64,000 bases of DNA from Vicugna vicugna (lineage: Eukaryota). Shown here piece by piece: positions 61,118-64,000 of this stretch. Below the pieces are notes generated by a model. It had not been told where the DNA came from, made no database searches, and worked only from the letters and a program-made list of their open reading frames with translations. The position numbers and the translations under genes were made by a program. The DNA lies in the NCBI GenBank assembly GCA_013265495.1, contig MU058533.1, positions 1-64,000 of the forward strand. The letters run 5' to 3'. Every line of letters starts with the position of its first letter. Within the stretch, counting starts at the first letter, position 1.

Positions 61118-63054
61118 TTGATATCTACACTCAGTCAACTTAAGATAAAAGGGTAAATTACACTCCTTTACTTCAATGTGAATGGGCCTTAAGCAATCCA
61201 TTGAAAGTCCTCAAGAGCAAAAAACTGAGGTTTCCCAAAAACAAAATTCTGCCCCAAGACTGCAGCCTCAACCCTCGCCTGAGTTTCCAGCCACCCTACA
61301 GATTTCAGACTTGACAGGCGCCCTCCACAATTGCATGAGCTAATTCCTTAAAATAACTACCTTTACTATCCATACCTTAAAATAAACATATAAATCTCAA
61401 GATATAAATTTGTATCTCAGATTCACATCATACATAAATCTTAAGATAGTAGTAACCTATAGTGAAAAAGAATATGAAACCAAATATATGTGTGTATATG
61501 TATGACTGAAACATGATGCTGTACACCAGAAATTGACATATTGTAATTGACTATACTTCAATAAAAAATAAATCTTAATACAAATATATATATATATAGA
61601 TAGATGAGGGATAGACAGTTTGTCCTGTAGATAGATAGATGAAAATAGATCAATAGATTAGATAGATAGACAGATAGATACTATTCATTGTTTCTCTGGA
61701 GAACTCTGACTGATACTACAGAGGTAAAATCTCCTTGAACCTGGGCTGTCCTCAGTGACTCTGGGGACTTGGGAATCTAGGTTACAAGAAGCCTTGCAGC
61801 TTCCTCCCAGTCCCTTTGGAATACACTCTCTTAGATCCAACTGCCACGTTAAGAGGAAGCCCAACCGACCCCAATGGAGAGGCCCTATCTTGAGAGGACC
61901 CCAGCCAACAGCCGGCACCAAATTGCCCACCACAAGAATGAGCCACTTTGAAAGCAGATCTTCAGCTGGTCCAGCTGGGCCCTACCCAGATTGTAAGTCT
62001 GTGAGCAACCTAAATGTTGTCATCTTAAGCTACTACACTTCCTGGATGTCCATTATACAATAAAAGTTAACCAGAACAGATCTATTTCCCATGTTTGGAG
62101 TTCTCAAAAAAAATTAGTTAAATGTGCATAAATGTTTATGTATACAATGAAAAAGCTCATCTATGCAATTTTGTAAAACTAAAAAGAAATCACAGCAAAC
62201 TGCTGGGCTAGGGGGTGGGGAGCAAGGAGCAGAGTGGAAATTTTTCCCACATAATATTTTGGAGAGAGAGAGAAGAGATTAATGAAGTGCTTACAACAAC
62301 ACTCCCTGGCACACAGTCAGCACCAAGCATGTGTTTGCATTATTTCTCTTATTGTATGACCAGATGAGGACACGAACACCAACCATGAGTTTTGGGTCCC
62401 TCTGGTGCACACATCAGGACCTTACTGGTTTACAACCCCCATCCCGTTCAGTCCTTCAGCCCTTAGCAAGGAGAAGTTTCCCGGGAGGTGAGAAAGCACT
62501 GGGCTTGGGGTCAGACCTCCCATGGTCAAAACCCACCTTTGCCACTCTCCTGCTGTGTGACCTTGGGCAAGTGACTTGCCCTCTCTGAGCCTCATGTCCT
62601 TCTTGGCAAAAAGGGCATAGTAATAGGTCTATGGGAATTAGAGGAGTGTATCCATGTGTGTGTCTTACTTAGTTTGGGTTCCTCAGAAGTAAACTGCAAT
62701 GCAAAGATTCGAGTGAAAGTCCTTTATTTGGAGGTGACTTTGAGAACAGCATTCAACTGTAAGCTGTTTCTTTGGAAGATGATTCCAGGAAACACCAGTA
62801 GGGTAGGGAGGCAAGGAAGTTCCCACTTTGGGCACCTGGGGCTCAGTCCCTCTGGGAGACAGCAGAGAATATGCACCCACCCGTCCTTAGTCAAGGCTGC
62901 ATCCAAGAGTGTTATTTCTCCCAAATGTCCTGCCTGGTGCAAACAGAAGGGAGATTTGGACAGCGTCTCCTGTGATGAACACAGCCTGATGTGGACAGTT
63001 ACAGTCATTCGGTGAGTGAGATTCTCCCGTCCTCTCTTCCCAATACATCTATCC

Positions 63055-63270
63055 ACACTCAGTCACACACACATGAACTCACACTTACAAACACACATGC
63101 ACACACACAGGTGCAGGCACACACATACAATCACACACAGGCACACTTTGACACTCACATACTTGCATATACTCACACACGTGCTCACCTCAATGCACCC
63201 AAGCATACAGTCACACATACATGCGCACACAGTCACACACGACTGCCCGTGCACACAAGCTCACACACGC
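63055..63270 (+). repeat. Degenerate (CA)n-rich tract
   Basis: Seen directly. Confidence 0.9.
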
Positions 63271-63659
63271 TGTACTAAGGGAGACCAGATGCCTCAGCCG
63301 TCTTCCCAAATTTTCCAGCAGAGGGAGCCTCCGACATACTCAGGAGAGGAAAGAGCCAGCATCAGCGCCAGGCCTGGGTGTGCCTTGAGAGTCACACTTG
63401 CAGGTGCAGCGGGGTCCCAGGGGCCTACGAGTCCCATGTCTCCCCTCCTCCCCTCTCTCTTTCATTCACCGTCACGGCTCTTAGCAGAAAGTCAATCTAC
63501 ATTTCAAGTATGAAGATCCTGTGAAATCCACAAGACAAGGGAGAATGGAGGTGCAGAGAGGGGCAGTCATGTGCCGCTAGGAAGAGGCAGAACCGGGGTT
63601 TAAACCCGAATGTGTCTCTTCTCAAGTCCAAGTTATTTTTGCTGGTGGATGAAGAGGTT

Positions 63660-64000
63660 GCACGGGAAAAGCGCGGGGAAAGCGGGGGAGGTTGGTGCAA
63701 TGTTTAGGGAATGATGTGCACTTGGAGACCCCGAGTCTGGACAGGAGTGTGAAAGAGGCAGCATCAACAAGAGCCATGTGGTTCCTGTAAGGCGCGTGAC
63801 CTCATGTTTCCCTCTCAGCCTGCGAGTAGCCGGCACAGGCGATTCCGGCCTACGATCCCATCATAGGCCACCTAGGGGCGCCCCAGGATCGGCCGCCCAG
63901 CGTGGTTTCATCTCCACTTCCCCCAACCCTACCCCATTCCTGTAGAACCCGCTTCTGCGCAGAGAGGCTAGAGACCCAGACCAGGACTAGAAGCCTGAGT
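63660..64000. promoter_or_regulatory. CpG-enriched segment at the window edge (possible CpG-island shore)
   Basis: Clustered CpGs (GCGCGG, GGCGCG, CGGCCG, GCGC) against a CpG-poor background. Confidence 0.35.

Overview
Mammalian genomic DNA, probably camelid (six copies of a tRNA-derived SINE resembling camelid Vic-1). The window holds two tandem, minus-strand cytochrome P450 CYP4F genes with intact reading frames. Gene A has its CDS at 22092->8393 (524 aa, CYP4F3-like) and gene B at 56830->40697 (525 aa). All coding exon boundaries were traced by hand (GT-AG, phases consistent). Main observation: between exon 2 and the 54-nt exon there are three homologous 145-nt exon types, not the two known from human CYP4F3, and the two paralogs kept them reciprocally. 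Gene A has intact 3a (CYP4F2/4F3B-type) and 3c (CYP4F3A-type) plus a dead 3b. Gene B has intact 3b (resembles rodent CYP4F5/4F6), a frameshifted 3a and no 3c. Gene A also has Ala instead of the heme-linking I-helix Glu328, lacks the proximal AATAAA present in B, and carries a scrambled L1 insertion upstream of its promoter. The window also has a C-type-lectin-like terminal exon with a nonsense codon (721-847), an apparently exact 1147-bp duplication around an N gap (probably an assembly artefact), solo LTRs, L1/MIR/L2/MER relics and simple repeats. Exon numbering is my own: E1 non-coding, E2, cassette 3a/3b/3c, E4-E13. Family assignments come from recalled sequences; no database search was run.
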